Source of the DNA: Azolla caroliniana
Taxonomy: Eukaryota; Plantae; Polypodiophyta
Assembly: GCA_043228905.1 (NCBI GenBank)
Contig: JBHGNT010000001.1
Location: 30,690,001 to 30,754,000, forward strand
Direction: 5' to 3'
DNA length: 64,000 nucleotides
The position numbers and the translations under genes were made by a program. Under the pieces are notes generated by a model, which did not search any database, had not been told where the DNA came from, and saw only the letters and a program-made list of their open reading frames with translations. Positions 1 through 12,206 of the stretch are shown in pieces (position 1 is the first letter of the stretch; the number at the start of each line of letters is the position of its first letter).

Positions 1-166
1 AAAGAAATATTATTCTGTGCTCAGCTTGAGGAAGGATCTCCATTCAACCTAAGAACTGAAGTAAACAGAAAGAGCTGGTTCGCTTCCATTACTTTTGACG
101 TGCATTAAGAGTCAGAACCTTGACGAAAAGACCATTCTACTAACAAGTTGCAATTTCCATTACTAG

Positions 167-2913
167 TTACAAAGAGTCAAGCCAGGAGTCGAAGTCATCA
201 TCCAGGTTTAATGGAGGATTAACAGAACTCAAAACATTACCATCAAACGATGACATCTCTACTCGAACATGCTCTTTACTGATTACAGTGTTATCTGCCT
301 TTTGAGTACTCTTTGTAATTAAGAACATATTATTTTCCAGTGATGATGGTTCAGCTCGAAAAGATTCCATTGATTGCTCAAGAATCCTATCAGCTGCATC
401 AACATTGACCATTGTTAGAGGTGTTTCATCTTGCCAAACATCAGGTTCAGCAACCTTATATGCTACAGTTCCGGTGGCTTTATACATACGAGATTCAATA
501 GGTTTATATGCTTTAGATTCAATTGGTTTATGTCGTATTGATGTTGAAGCTTCCTTGAAAGAATGGCTATCAAGCATGTCAAGAAGGGCATCAAGTTCTG
601 CTTCTGCCGCTTCAGGTTTGAATACTTCATCTCTCTTTGATTTTAGTTCAAGAGTCTGTTCAAATACTTCATCATTCTTCGCTTCTACTTCAAGATTCTT
701 TTCTTGGTATGGTGTGAGGGGCTTCCAAGAAACCATTGATTCGTCTCTTTCAAAAGGTTCCAGTATCTCTTTATAAAATGATAAACCTGCACCACCATCT
801 TGTACATGTTCTTCAAGATAAGGTGATGCCGTAGTGGGGACATTTGATGATGTTGCCATTTGTTCAGCCACATTCTCATCAATATTTGTATAACCTGTAG
901 ATTTGAGAATCCTGTTTTCCTTGGTCTTTGCCTCATCAATTGACTCAGCCTCGTTAATTGAATCATGCTGATCAGTCTCAACATCCCTCTGAAATAAACC
1001 TAAGGATCTTAGCATTGGTAATATGCTTCCCACATTCCAAAATTAACATAGCAGTGAAATTTGAACTTTTCTACTTTCAATTCATAATCTATGCTAAGTT
1101 ATTCATCAACTCACACTAATAAAATTTAACTATCAAAATCTGACTTTTACCCTTGTAAATTCTAGTTGTGTAGCTGCCTACAATTAAAACACTAGATGAA
1201 AATGTTATCGAATTTTAAAGAGTGAGATTGATTATTCGTGGCATTGGAATAGGTTAAAAAACAATTACTTTGTACCATTCTGGGAATTATTGCAAACCGA
1301 AATACCATTTTTATGATTTTCCCTATATTATAATGCTTTCAAAATGATTAACTTCTCTGAATAAACAGTTGAATTCAATGGACACCTCACCTCTTCTACA
1401 GGAATGAACTTTGGATCAATGCAGAGCCTTTCAGCAATATTCACTTTTGCAAGCTCTTCGTCCAAAAGTTTCAAATCTAGCGAGAAAAATGCATCCTGCA
1501 ACATCATGCACAAAAAGCAATAGTCAAGTGAATAGCTTCTATATTATGAACATACATAGAGCCTCAAAAAGACCATAGCTACTGAGTCATCTATAAACTT
1601 AGGGTTTCAATTTACATAGAATATTAGTAAGCTCTTACACACCATACCACAGCAGTGAGCTGGCAAACACAAATAGATGGTTCAAACTCTAGTTTTATTG
1701 ACTTCCTGTATGCACATAACAGTATGCTTAATAGAAATAAGTTGAACCTTAATGAATCAATAGTGCCACAAACATGGCCGAAGTATGGTGGTTTCATGAT
1801 ATTTAAAAGGATACTGACCCTTTTATATACTATGGCTACCCATAAACCAATGGGTCAATGTGTTGCCTTATTGACTCTTTAAGGTTGCTTTTATGCCTAG
1901 AGCATTATACTTAAGAAACGAAGATCAGCACCTCGCCATCAAATATTCCATCTCTGCTCCAGATATTATCTGCAATAGACCCACTATTTAAAATATCCAA
2001 CCCCCTTGATTGCATCAATCTCCTCCGCGCATTTGCCATTTCTGTATGCACCCATAACACCTTTGACTCAAAGGGCAGAAAAAACAGAGCATCTCTTAAC
2101 CTTACATTTAAACATTTGACGACAATTACTGTCAATTGCAAGCAAATACCATCTCTTTTTCAAAATAAATTATATGCAACAATGCAGAAGCACCAAACAT
2201 TCAATTCATTTTCTAAAAGAAACATGAATGCAATTTTCTTTCTTGCCAGGAGATTGGTAATTCATTTCAATTTCTCTAGCAAAATTCAAATACATGCCTT
2301 TTCTTTTGATTGTAATGAAAACTGAAGATAAAAAGGAAAAACAGAAAAATGGAATTTCTCCATTAGCACTATTTCATTCCTGGACAAACATAAAGTGGAA
2401 TTTCCATTTTTAAACCTAACACAAACTTACAATAAACTATCTTCTTCTGTATCCTAGATTAAACCTAAAATGAAAATTTTTGACTAAAATTTCCTTTTTT
2501 ATTTATGCTAAAGCACAGTTAAAATAAATTTCCGTTTAGGCTCATAATCCCATGAAACGTAAGATTAAACACATGGTTATACCTTAAATAATCATACCAG
2601 GGGATTGATAAATAGATTTCTCCGCAAGAAGATCCCGGTAATTTGCTCCCTTACTTTTCACAGCAATAGAATCATGAAAGCGAGGATCGATCTCTTCTTC
2701 TTCTTCATACCGACTCCAGTTAGAAGGGAGGCTTGAATGTTTGCCATCAGAATGATGTGATACATCAGCAGACTGTGTATGTGCAGAAGAAGAAGAAGAA
2801 GAAGAAGGAAGAGGATCCACAACAACAGGTTTCTTCTTGCTGTGAGTGGAATGACGAGCCTTCCCTCGCTGAGAGGAGGCATGCTTTGCTCTGGCTGAAG
2901 CTTTCATGTCCAT
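167..2913 (-). CDS. CER16: ECERIFERUM16-like / Aven-family protein, 4 coding exons (2913-2598, 2041-1932, 1495-1391, 988-167)
   Basis: Spliced ORF with GT-AG junctions in compatible phases. Motifs match remembered plant CER16: N-terminal MDxKxxAxxKxA, LPSNWSRYEE, KSKGANY, SRGLDIL, FFSLDLKLL...ERLCIDP and C-terminal DDFDSWLDSL. Confidence 0.8.
2787..2807. repeat. (GAA)n microsatellite encoding poly-Ser in CER16 exon 1
   Basis: gaagaagaagaagaagaagaag is read directly; the minus-strand ORF shows an SSSSSSS run. Confidence 0.9.
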
Positions 2914-4591
2914 CGCGAACTCTCCCTCTCTGTTTCGGTCTCTGTCTCTGTCTGTCTCTGCCTCTGATAAACCCTAAATTATTCGTCTCTTTGCTAATCT
3001 AGAAGACATTTAATCAGGTTTATGGAAACTGTGTGGAAATGCCACTCTCTAGTTTTACCAACTGTATTTTTTTTAACTCTTGTTTGTAGAAATTATGAAA
3101 ATGCCCTCTTAAAAACTTTCATGGACACCCTAATTCCTCGGCAATTATTTGTCAAAGATACTCTCACACATATGTAGTGCTCATAGATTCAACTGTTTAA
3201 CTATGAAATGCTTGAGAACCATGCCTAGTACTATGAAAGAAGAACAATCTCCGTTATCTAAGACCTTCTTCTTCTAATATTATGAACACACACACACACA
3301 CATATATTAAGGTAGTGCATTTGTTGCCGCTTGGTGTAGTTGTCTCTTGGACATTTTGACCCCCCATGTTGCCCAAAACACCCATGGCCATTGCATGGAA
3401 GAAGAAATACCCATTTCTATTGTCTTTTGGTTGTTTCTTTCTCTCTTTAGACCTTCCTAATGAAAGTTGCCTTGTCGAAGAGGCACCTCAAGCTGTTATA
3501 AAAGGCCCATGTGGCATAGTAGCTATCAATTGATATTGGGAGGTTGGAAAGATGACCATTGAATATGTGAAGAAATTTGTCAATCTGTGTTATGCCAAAA
3601 TATCAGTCTTCAGATATACATCCCTATGGCATTCATCTTTCACTATCAATTGCAAATCTATCCAACCAAGCCAAAAACTTTTGGTAGAAATCTAAAATAG
3701 CCCATCCCATTAAGAAATTTTCCAACTCTAATTCTCAATGTTTGACATGCATCACAATGGTATCACGGAGACTAATCTTATTTTCTTGACTTGAGTAGTT
3801 ACCTTAAATTAGCAGGGCAATGATAAAAATCATGATATACAGGATAAAATTGAATAGTTACACAATTATAACTACCATAAATTAGCCACATCTAATGATA
3901 TATAGGAGAAAATTGAATAGTTAACACATTTATCAATACATAAACATACTTTCACCTAGAAATTTGGAACAAAAATTTATAATTCAACATTCGATTAGCA
4001 TTGTGCAAGTGCCACATCATGCATCTCTATAAACTCTTTCTTTGACATGCACAAAGCATTTTCCAGCTAGAAGGCTAATCAAAGGCACAACATACTAACC
4101 TCAAAACTCTTCATAATCTTACTTTCTCAGCAAATGTTCTCAATGGACAAAGCAAAATTACAAATTCCTCAAATGATTAAGGTATAGTACAAAAATGCCC
4201 AAAGACAAATGGCAAAAAAACTATCAAACAAGAATACAGGATACTAATATAATAAGTTTCAATCAATTGAAGACGGCTATAAGTAGGAACCATACAAAAC
4301 CACAGATATTCCATTTCAATGAACAGAGATTTAATCAACTTTACCAGACTGGGTCGACTTTATGCACTAGATTTTGCATCATCATAATATGCAATAATTC
4401 AAGTGGCCTAAAAATCTTTGCTCTTTAACACCCATTTCTTGGGTTTAATTTAAATAAAAGCGAATTTGGTGTTCCGTTTTGATTCTTTTCCATCTGATAT
4501 AGATAGATAGATATAATCTATAAACATATATTACCATTATCACACAGCCAGGTATATACAAGGATTCAAAAGAGAAAACTACTTGAGAATC

Positions 4592-7500
4592 TCAAACATT
4601 TAAGATAGGTATGGGTTTGTAATTCAGGTATGTTGCAGCTGTAAGGAACACACAACTAAAGGCCACATAAATTTTGATCCAAAACAATGAAGAAAAGATT
4701 ACCATAAGCATGATACATGAGAACAATATTACAAAGCAGAAATTGAACATGCACGTGGCCATGCTCAGCTCCTCTTCAATGCTGCTACCATCGTCAGAAA
4801 AGCTCCCCTCTCTATAGAACTGATCTAAGAGTTCATCTTTCCGGGAAAATTCGTTCATAAGCCATGATGATACATCAGATTCAGCCAACGGAATTTCTTG
4901 TACAGGTATTCTCTTAATATGCATGTGGACTTCGCTTGGGTTTGTACCTAGTGCATTATCAATGAATAGTGGACATTGATTCTTGTACCCAATCGTGACA
5001 TCATACACTACAAGACACCATAAAATCCTTTGTTATAAATGTGAAATCACAAACTAATTGACATAAAATAGCAACTTTATTCAAACTTCTGGCACACATA
5101 TTGGCAACATAAAACACTAAATATATATAGAAATCATCAGCAGGGAAACAGAATCTTCATCTATGCTCTGGTCTTACCTTGCTTAATCAGAAATTATCTT
5201 ATGCTTCCAATTTGAGCACTTCATCTATACAAACTATTGCCTCAGATGTTTATACACAAAATCTCCAATAAGGGAACTATAGAGCTATGATGCATTCTAC
5301 CAAGTCAAATTCTACACTTCCATGCGCTACGTGGTTTATGTACACAGCCAGTCTTGCTCTGAACCTAAGAAGACCAAGGTCGTGATCTTCCTCTGAACCT
5401 AAGCAAGACTCACTTCAGTATTGCAAAAGACCAGCTACAGTGGATTGATTCATGTATTCATCACGAGATCACCTTTGCGAGGCCATTGAGGAGGTTCAAC
5501 ATGCATATAACAATGCAGACCTCAAAGATCAAAGAAGGTTAGAATCTTGTAGAAGCTAGACAAAACATCATTATTCTTCTCGGGGAATCCTTCGTAACAT
5601 CGTTGTTTTCTTGTCAATTAGTAACTCTTACTTTCTCCCTACTCTTTGCTTCTTTCTCGAGAAAAGAGACGTATTGCAGAATCAAAGATCAGTTCCAGTC
5701 AAAGGACTTCAACACTTGATCCAAAAATGGTTACTCTTCCGTTCTTTTTCTTTGCGTAATGATAGCTCTAGTAAGGATATTGATGCGACACATCCTATCC
5801 TTACAGCCCATTCAAACTAAAAACTATGAACAGGAGTTTGAGGATCAACGTACCTGCATCAATGGAATCACGAAGATGATTTAAGCAAGTATAGAAACCC
5901 TTTACTCGAGGTAAGAGAACATTGTGCAATTTTGGCAAACCATGCTCCTCTGCAAAATTTTGACTACGTAAGCATTTTTCCTCCCTGCATCAAATGGAAA
6001 ACATTTATCATCATTTCATAATGTTATATGATGTTTCATTGCTACGAAACGAGAAAGTTCCCTGAACTGACAACAAACTAAAACTAAAAATGCAATCTAC
6101 CACATAAATGAAAGGGCTACCCTAGTACTGAAGAAGACTATCAAAATGATCTTTGCTCTATTTATACAATCCATGTGTGCATCATTCCAAAACGTTTTAA
6201 ATAGGCCTTTGTAGCCTGAACAGGCAGAGAGAGAGAGAGAGAAAGAAAGAAATAGGTGTATGCTTGAGATTCGTGCTGATCCACATTGTGTATTTGTCCA
6301 GCTGCATGACTATATGTTCATATCATCAGATTAGTATTCAGTACCGAGAATTCTAATATGCATAATTGTTCTGAGCTTAATGACGATCTAGCAGACTCAT
6401 AGACATGCTTACACTTTCCTCTTATCTCGCCTGTGATTAGACCTATCTGTGACCATGGCTTCATTGCACAGTTACCAACCGCATGATGCACTGGTCCAAC
6501 AGAAGAATTTGGGTTTGGTTTCTTGAATTCAGCTTTGTCTTTTCTGTAGCAGCTGACTTTCAGTGAGAACATTCAAAGCATGCTGCCCTTTTGCTTCCTC
6601 CATCAAAGTTTTTCTTTTTTGATACATCTTCCTGGTTGAATTCATTTTTTATTCTTTTTCTTGATCAAAATCTTGATTGTTCCTTAAAAGACTTTCCATC
6701 AGAATCATTGTTATAATTTGAGAATTTATGTAGAAATCCAATTGCCTTGCAACAAGGCAATGGCTATAGATACATTCTCTATGAAGTGTGTATATTTATC
6801 ACATCATATAATTCCATGCATAAGTGTCCCTAATTTATTTGGGTAAACTACAACAATACTTTTCCTAAAGGAGCTGATAAGCAATAAGGCCTCCAAAACT
6901 AAATTTTGGAGATTCCTGCATCTAGCTTCTGCCAAACCAACATGATTCCAACTTAGAAAGTGTTCGTCAACCATGCAAATGAAAAAACTTGTTAGAATTG
7001 AACCTAAAAAGAAGGTGCTTGACTTTGCATTAACATTATAACTCATTGAAATAAATCACCCATCTAGAAGATGGCTGCCGACTGCAATTTTGAGAATTCC
7101 CCCATGTATGATGCAACAAATTGTTGTATAAAAGTTAAAGCCTCCAACTTTTCTTCCATTCCACTGACTATGATTTCTCCAAATAGTTACTCACTAACAT
7201 GAATTCTTTTTCTTTCCAAAACCAAATTTTGGGTTTTCATCATAAGAGAGGTTTGTTTGAATAAGCCAAGTTTTTCTCATACTGCCAATGTCACCTCTTT
7301 AAAAATACAACTAGTTTCTCACTTTTTCACATTTCTAACTTTTAAGTAAATGTATGTAGTGCCCAGCTCCACATACATCAGAATCCAATGGTAACTACAA
7401 TGGCCACGTGCTGTTCCCGGAGCCTACTGGTCATGTTTACTCCAGTCTACAGACCATTGCAATTTAGCCATGCAATTCAGCTTTCCGAAATTCAAGAGAT

Positions 7501-8363
7501 TTGATAATCAAGTAAAGTAAAATAAGTATGAAACAAGTAATAAATGCAAACAAAATGACAGCTCCCTGTGACAAAGAAGATAATAAATCATCTTCACCAC
7601 CAATCAGCATCTCTCTGTACCATGCTTCTTCTAGATGCTCCATTTAAATGCATGATAAGAGGATGGATTGCCTACAGTATACTTACGTGTAATCGGTTCC
7701 TTCGGGGAAAATGATGAGCCAGAGCGGATCGCAACGATCTTTGAAAGAAGAAAGGATACGCTCAAAAATCAAAGTATCCATTTCCCATTTCCTGTAAATG
7801 GGAAGAAACTCTAACACGTGAAATGCCCAACCAAACACGGGAGCATTCCTCGCACTACTCTTCATCACATATTTAACATTGCCTATTCGTTTCTTTCTCA
7901 ATGCAAGGTTCCATAGATACATCCAATCCACTTCCGTCCGATGGTTACAGATCAAGATGATTCTTTCCCGAGCAGGGAGCTTGTTTCCTGAAACGATCAC
8001 TTTCGTCTTGTTGATCTTCTCGAATAAGAAAGGCCACATGGCAAGCCAGTGCCCAAATATGGAAGAAGTGAGTTTTCTGCTCCAATGGAGGCTAAATAAC
8101 CTGAGGAAGAAGAATGTGAACGGAGCAAGAAAGAGGAGAAGAATGAAGGCAGATACTGTTAGGATTAGCAAAATAACCAGAGCTTTCAATACTCTGAGGT
8201 AATGAAGAAAGCAATCCTTGCTGCACCGTTTCTTCTTCTCCTCGTCTTTGATGTTGCCTTTGTCTTTCTTCTTCTCTTCTCTCTGTGTTCCTCCTGCTTC
8301 TTGAGATTTCAGAAGCACGTTTACCGCCATCGCTGCAGCAACACAATCTGCAGCCCCCACCAT
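4592..8363 (-). CDS. LPAT5: 1-acyl-sn-glycerol-3-phosphate acyltransferase, LPAT4/LPAT5 clade; exons 8363-7687, 5984-5854, 5007-4592
   Basis: Acyltransferase motifs [26 protein letters not shown] and YDVTIGYK; N- and C-terminal hydrophobic helices; GT-AG introns in matching phases. The start at MVGAAD (8363) is the most plausible ATG but unconfirmed. Confidence 0.92.
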
Positions 8364-8479
8364 GGATAGAGCAAGGAAGAATCTAGTTCTTTGTCTAAAA
8401 TCTCCACACAACCCTTCTCTCTCTCTCTCTCTCTCTTTCTATTCTGGAAATGCAACGTCTCTTGATTGGAGGAGGGGGC

Positions 8480-8661
8480 TGACGTGGCATGAAATGATTG
8501 GGCTTTGTCTATGGCCATGTGGCATCAAATGATTGGTTCTTTGGCCACCCGGATGCCCGGCATTGGCTCTCTCTTCCTTCCCATTTTGATATGGAAATGC
8601 TGGTGTGGCAAACCTGGGCCCGGGTTCCATCGGCCAGAATGACATGGCACCACATTATTGG
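8480..8661 (-). promoter_or_regulatory. Three ERSE-like elements (CCAAT-N9-CCACG / CCACA / CCATG) plus a TGACGTGG UPRE-like box upstream of LPAT4/5
   Basis: On the minus strand: CCAAT-CATTTCATG-CCACG (8501-8483), CCAAT-CATTTGATG-CCACA (8536-8518) and CCAAT-AATGTGGTG-CCATG (8661-8643). TGACGTGG lies at 8480-8487 on the + strand. Confidence 0.5.
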
Positions 8662-9786
8662 CTCCCCAGCAAATAGTGTATGTATATGGTTTTTTTCTCT
8701 GGTAGGCCTCGCCCGTGCTCAATATGTACTAATTTTGATGAGTTTGTCGGCGATTTGATGAAAACAAACATCTTTTCCACTAAACCCAATAATAAAATCC
8801 TTGACCTCATAGGCAATGTGCTCCTAGACAAGTTCAAATCAAATGTGACCCTGGGAACTAGCAGTTTTTTTGTTTTGTTTTATGTAATCACTTGGTTGTC
8901 CGTCGTGTCTAAATACAATTTGCTTGGCCCACAATCTTCTAACTTTGCAAATGATTCCTTTCGTTGCATCTATCCACGTTAACACAGACACACACATCAA
9001 ATTACAATCTCATCTTCTTCAATCAATACGATCAAAATGTTTTACATTGTTTCCGCTTGGAATGGTTTTTAGTTTTTAAATTTCAATTTGTTTTAACTTT
9101 CTAAAAGAAAATGATTTGGAAATTTACTCCAGTGTTTGTGGTCTTGCAAAATTGGTGGTGTGTATGAGGTGATGGGCATTCTATACAAGCGTCCCTTCAC
9201 CCTCCCATCACAAAGTTGTGTCGCACGCATGCACAAGTTTTGAACATGTGACATGGCCAATTTATAAATATCTAGTAGGCAAGGGTAAAATTGTCAAGAC
9301 CAATGCCAAATAGGTTTACAAGTATCGAGTGACTTGATATGAGTCGTGAAGCAATTTACCGTCAAGAGCACAAACCCAACATATCTCTCCTTCCACTCAC
9401 ATCTTAGACATGTCCTTTAAGAATACGCTTTTTAATTAGAGCTCCAACCTCCGTTTAGAAATCAAGAAGACAATTTGCTTTACATTTGTCTTATGGGCAC
9501 AAAATAGACATAGGGTTTTCAAGTACCATATAACGAGCAAGGTAGCGTACCACGTAGGATCAATCTTGTGTGAGCAATGCCAAGGGAAAAGCTAACGCTT
9601 ACTTCTACATCAAACAATTTTGTGAGCATAGAGAGCTCTCAGTAATTGGTGATGCACTATGTGAACACCCAAACCCAAACCTCCTTTTTTTTTAACAAGG
9701 ACACAACGAGTAAGTGCCCGCAGCTCCTTGCGAGTAGCCATGTTTTCATAATGTGAATACCGTGATTTCCTTTTTGACACAATATT

Positions 9787-9872
9787 GTATGTTATGTGTG
9801 TATAGTGTGTATGTATGTATGTATGTGTGTGTGTATGTGTGTATGTGTGTCTGTGTGTATGTATGTATGTAT
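9787..9872. repeat. Compound (TG)n/(TATG)n microsatellite
   Basis: Directly visible tgtatgtatgtgtgtg tract. Confidence 0.9.
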
Positions 9873-10739
9873 TCATTCCAATCTCCATTGTCCAACAATC
9901 AAGTTCTCCACACAAAAATATAACTAAAATTGCTTTTTTTTGTGTGAGCTCACACACTCGAAAGAATCATAGACAAACAGCACTATAATTTGTGGTTCTG
10001 ATTCGGGCACTCTCCTCTGTGGAAATACGGTGGAGATGAGCGTCGCAGAAATGGATGGGGACTTTATCAATCAGCCGTAATAATCGCCCCGTGTCGTCCC
10101 CTCTGTATCGAACGAAGGTAAAATTCTCATTGAACATTCATATGTACATATTTATGTATGCATCTACCTTCAATCATTTTTCTGTTATCATCTACGAGCT
10201 CAGCACAGCTAAAGAAGGAGATTTTCTCTTCAATCTCATTTACCAGCTAAGAGTAGAAACAGAATTAAGGATTAGATATGTGTCGTTCACATCTTTATCA
10301 CAATTCATTAAAATGCTTGGCAACAGCGTGGGTCAATTCGGTTGTAAAGGGATCAAAGAGTGTAATAGAAAGATATAAAATTGCTGTTAATTCATTCTGT
10401 TTTCACATAGAGTCTAATGAAATGAAACTCTGCGAATTAGTAAAGAAGATTTTCCTGCAAACTGTTCTGCAATCATAGTATCAGCTTACATTGATGGTGG
10501 GAGCTCTGTTTGATAAACAAGAAAAGGACACAAGTTGGATATTAAAATTTCCAGTTGTAAAGGGAATACGAAACAATGGAAATATGTCAATTTCTACTAC
10601 ATGCTTGTACATTTTGTGGTGTTTTCTTGTCATTTCATATTCTTTCATGCATGGAATGAGGATTAGTTGATAAGTGAAAGAAAAACTTCTGTGGAAAGCC
10701 CATTTCATGATATGAGGAGGGGAGCTCAGATAAGAGCGT

Positions 10740-11470
10740 TTCAAGGAAGTGATCGAAATGACCATTCTTTTATGATTGAAAGAGAGCCCAAACAAGAGTG
10801 ATGTGGAGATTGGATGAGATCAAAATGCCCATTGTATTTTGTGACAAATAATTAGGCAAGCTCAAACAATAACGTTCCAGTAACAACCAAAATTGGCCTT
10901 CTATGTTATGGCCATGTCAGTTCAAAAAAGAGTATTTCAATGAACCAAAATAGCTATTCTATAATTGTGGATGGGGACAGGAACAAAGTGATCATTCCAT
11001 GTTATGAGTCATGGTCTAAGAGTTTGAATATGGGGATCTCTTGAATGAAGCTAAAATGACCATTCTATGCTATGAATCATGATTAAGGGTATTTGAACCA
11101 ACGCATTTCTTGCACAGAACCAAAATGACTATTCTATGTTATAATTAATCAAGGGAGCTTGAACGAAGAGCTTTTTTTGGATGGAACCAAAATGATCATT
11201 ATATGCCATAATTGAGGGAGTTCAAAGAAGGTATTTCTCTCATAAAGGACTGGGAATGCCGGAGTTTGAACCAAGGCAATTTGTGGATAGAACCAAAACA
11301 ACCATTCTATATTATAAACATGATCAAGGGAGTTCGAACAAAGGGCATTTTGTGGACAAAAACAAAATAATTCCATATAATGATTGAGGGATTTCAAAGA
11401 AGGTATTTTTCTGGGAAGAATAGGGATGAGATCAAATAAGCATTATATGATCAAGGGAACACAAACAAGA
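10740..11470. repeat. Degenerate ~60-70 bp tandem minisatellite
   Basis: Recurrent core GAACCAAAATGACCATTCTAT(G/A)TTAT...ATGATCAAGGGAGTTTGAAC, roughly ten diverged copies; ends approximate. Confidence 0.7.
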
Positions 11471-12206
11471 CCCTTTTAAGTTTTGAGAGGGGGAGAGGAT
11501 TCCCATGAAGATCCATAGATATGCATATGTCATGGACAAGATAACCTTATCCAGAGGAATCTAGAAAGGTCTAGAAGTTTCTAAATAGGCTTCACAACTG
11601 GCAATGGATATTAGATTCTACATCAAGATTGAATTTGTTTCCCTATTTGCAGAATACTTCATTTGAACGGATTATGGGTGAAAAGTTTCCATTTAGTCTT
11701 GCATTTATATACAATTAATGTAAGTCCCTTTTTCTAAGAAAAAACATCCATAAATACATACAATGAATGCCCCTCTCCTTCCAGATGACTATAATGCATG
11801 ATAGATAGGCCCACAAGGAGGTGAGGGCCATATACACTAATAATTCCCTCTATTCAAGGAGGAGATTTTGTGGTCTAAGGTTCCAACCACATGAGCGTAG
11901 GTGTCCATGCCTAATATGAAATATCAAACAGTTCAGTTGTACCCTAAGAAGTATTCTCTGTGGGAAAGTCCAATGTAGGTTGTGGTTTCATGCCTGACCT
12001 TTTTGATTAAAGCATAAACTAAAGCTATGAACAATGGTAAAGCTTGCGTTTTATGGCAGGAGAAATCAATAGTCATGGGTATGATCTATTTAAAATGAAA
12101 GCATTTCCTTATGGTATAGCTTGGATTTCATACTTACTAATGCATTTACTGTTAAATTCTTAAGCTTTTATTGGTTCATGTATGATAGGATTTTGTGGGC
12201 TGTTGA

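Noticed and set aside
10740-11470. Repeat array considered as CRISPR-like
   Set aside because: Eukaryotic context, degenerate contiguous units without unique spacers, and no cas genes.
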